Shown piece by piece: positions 63,499-64,000 of a stretch of 64,000 nt of DNA. This stretch comes from the human T2T-CHM13v2.0 reference genome, Homo sapiens: assembly GCF_009914755.1 (NCBI RefSeq), contig NC_060928.1; one strand, written 5' to 3'. The translations under genes and the position numbers were made by a program. Within the stretch, counting starts at the first letter, position 1. Each line of letters opens with the position of its first letter. The notes beneath the pieces are model-generated. The model saw only the letters and a list, made by a program, of their open reading frames with translations, was not told the origin of the DNA and searched no databases.

Positions 63499-64000
63499 GG
63501 TCTGCATCAAAGAATGGGACTGTCTGGGGGGGAGAAAAGTTATACTTGCCCCTGGGCTGTGTGTCCACTGAGTCACCACACTGAGGACGAGGGTTCATGT
63601 GATCTCTATTAGTAGTGCTATTGATGACAAAAAGCAAGGTTTTGTAACACATGCTTTACCTGTATAATCTCCTTTAATCCTCAGGACAATGCAATGAAGT
63701 TACTGTGCTATCATCTGCATTTTATAAATGAGGAAGTGAGGCTTAAATGAAAGTGTTTGCATAATGTGCCAAGGGATTGCGAAGCCAGAATTGGAACCCA
63801 GCTCATTACAGAGCCAAGCCTGTGGAACCCCAACTCCTGAAAAACTAAACATTCTGTGCCCCACCCCCAAAAATCAGAATATTCATGGAGTTGGTTACCA
63901 CATCTAGTTGGTATTCCTAGTACAAGGAAACAAAAAAAGAGACAATTTGAATTTGGCTACTTTTCTGGACCTAGAACAAATAGTAATAAAGGTTTTATTG

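Overview
Primate (very likely human) genomic DNA lying entirely within one minus-strand gene that I recognise as CCDC149 (coiled-coil domain containing 149). Ten coding exons splice in frame from 58574 down to 1777 with consistent phases; the first and last exons are outside the window. One intron uses a GC donor. The rest is intron, rich in Alus, a 5'-truncated L1, nested ERV1 LTRs, Tigger/hAT DNA-transposon relics and microsatellites. The most notable non-obvious items are: a candidate 33-nt frame-preserving microexon with neural SRRM4/RBFOX-type motifs (2972-3004); a ~1 kb 18-bp minisatellite with higher-order structure and about 30 metal-response-element cores (54260-55291); a candidate 43-nt poison exon (62786-62828); a triple p53 half-site in an LTR10-like element; and a 48-bp hairpin split by an Alu. 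I see no prokaryotic-type system such as a CRISPR array or operon. Repeat subfamily names come from memory of consensus sequences and need RepeatMasker confirmation.
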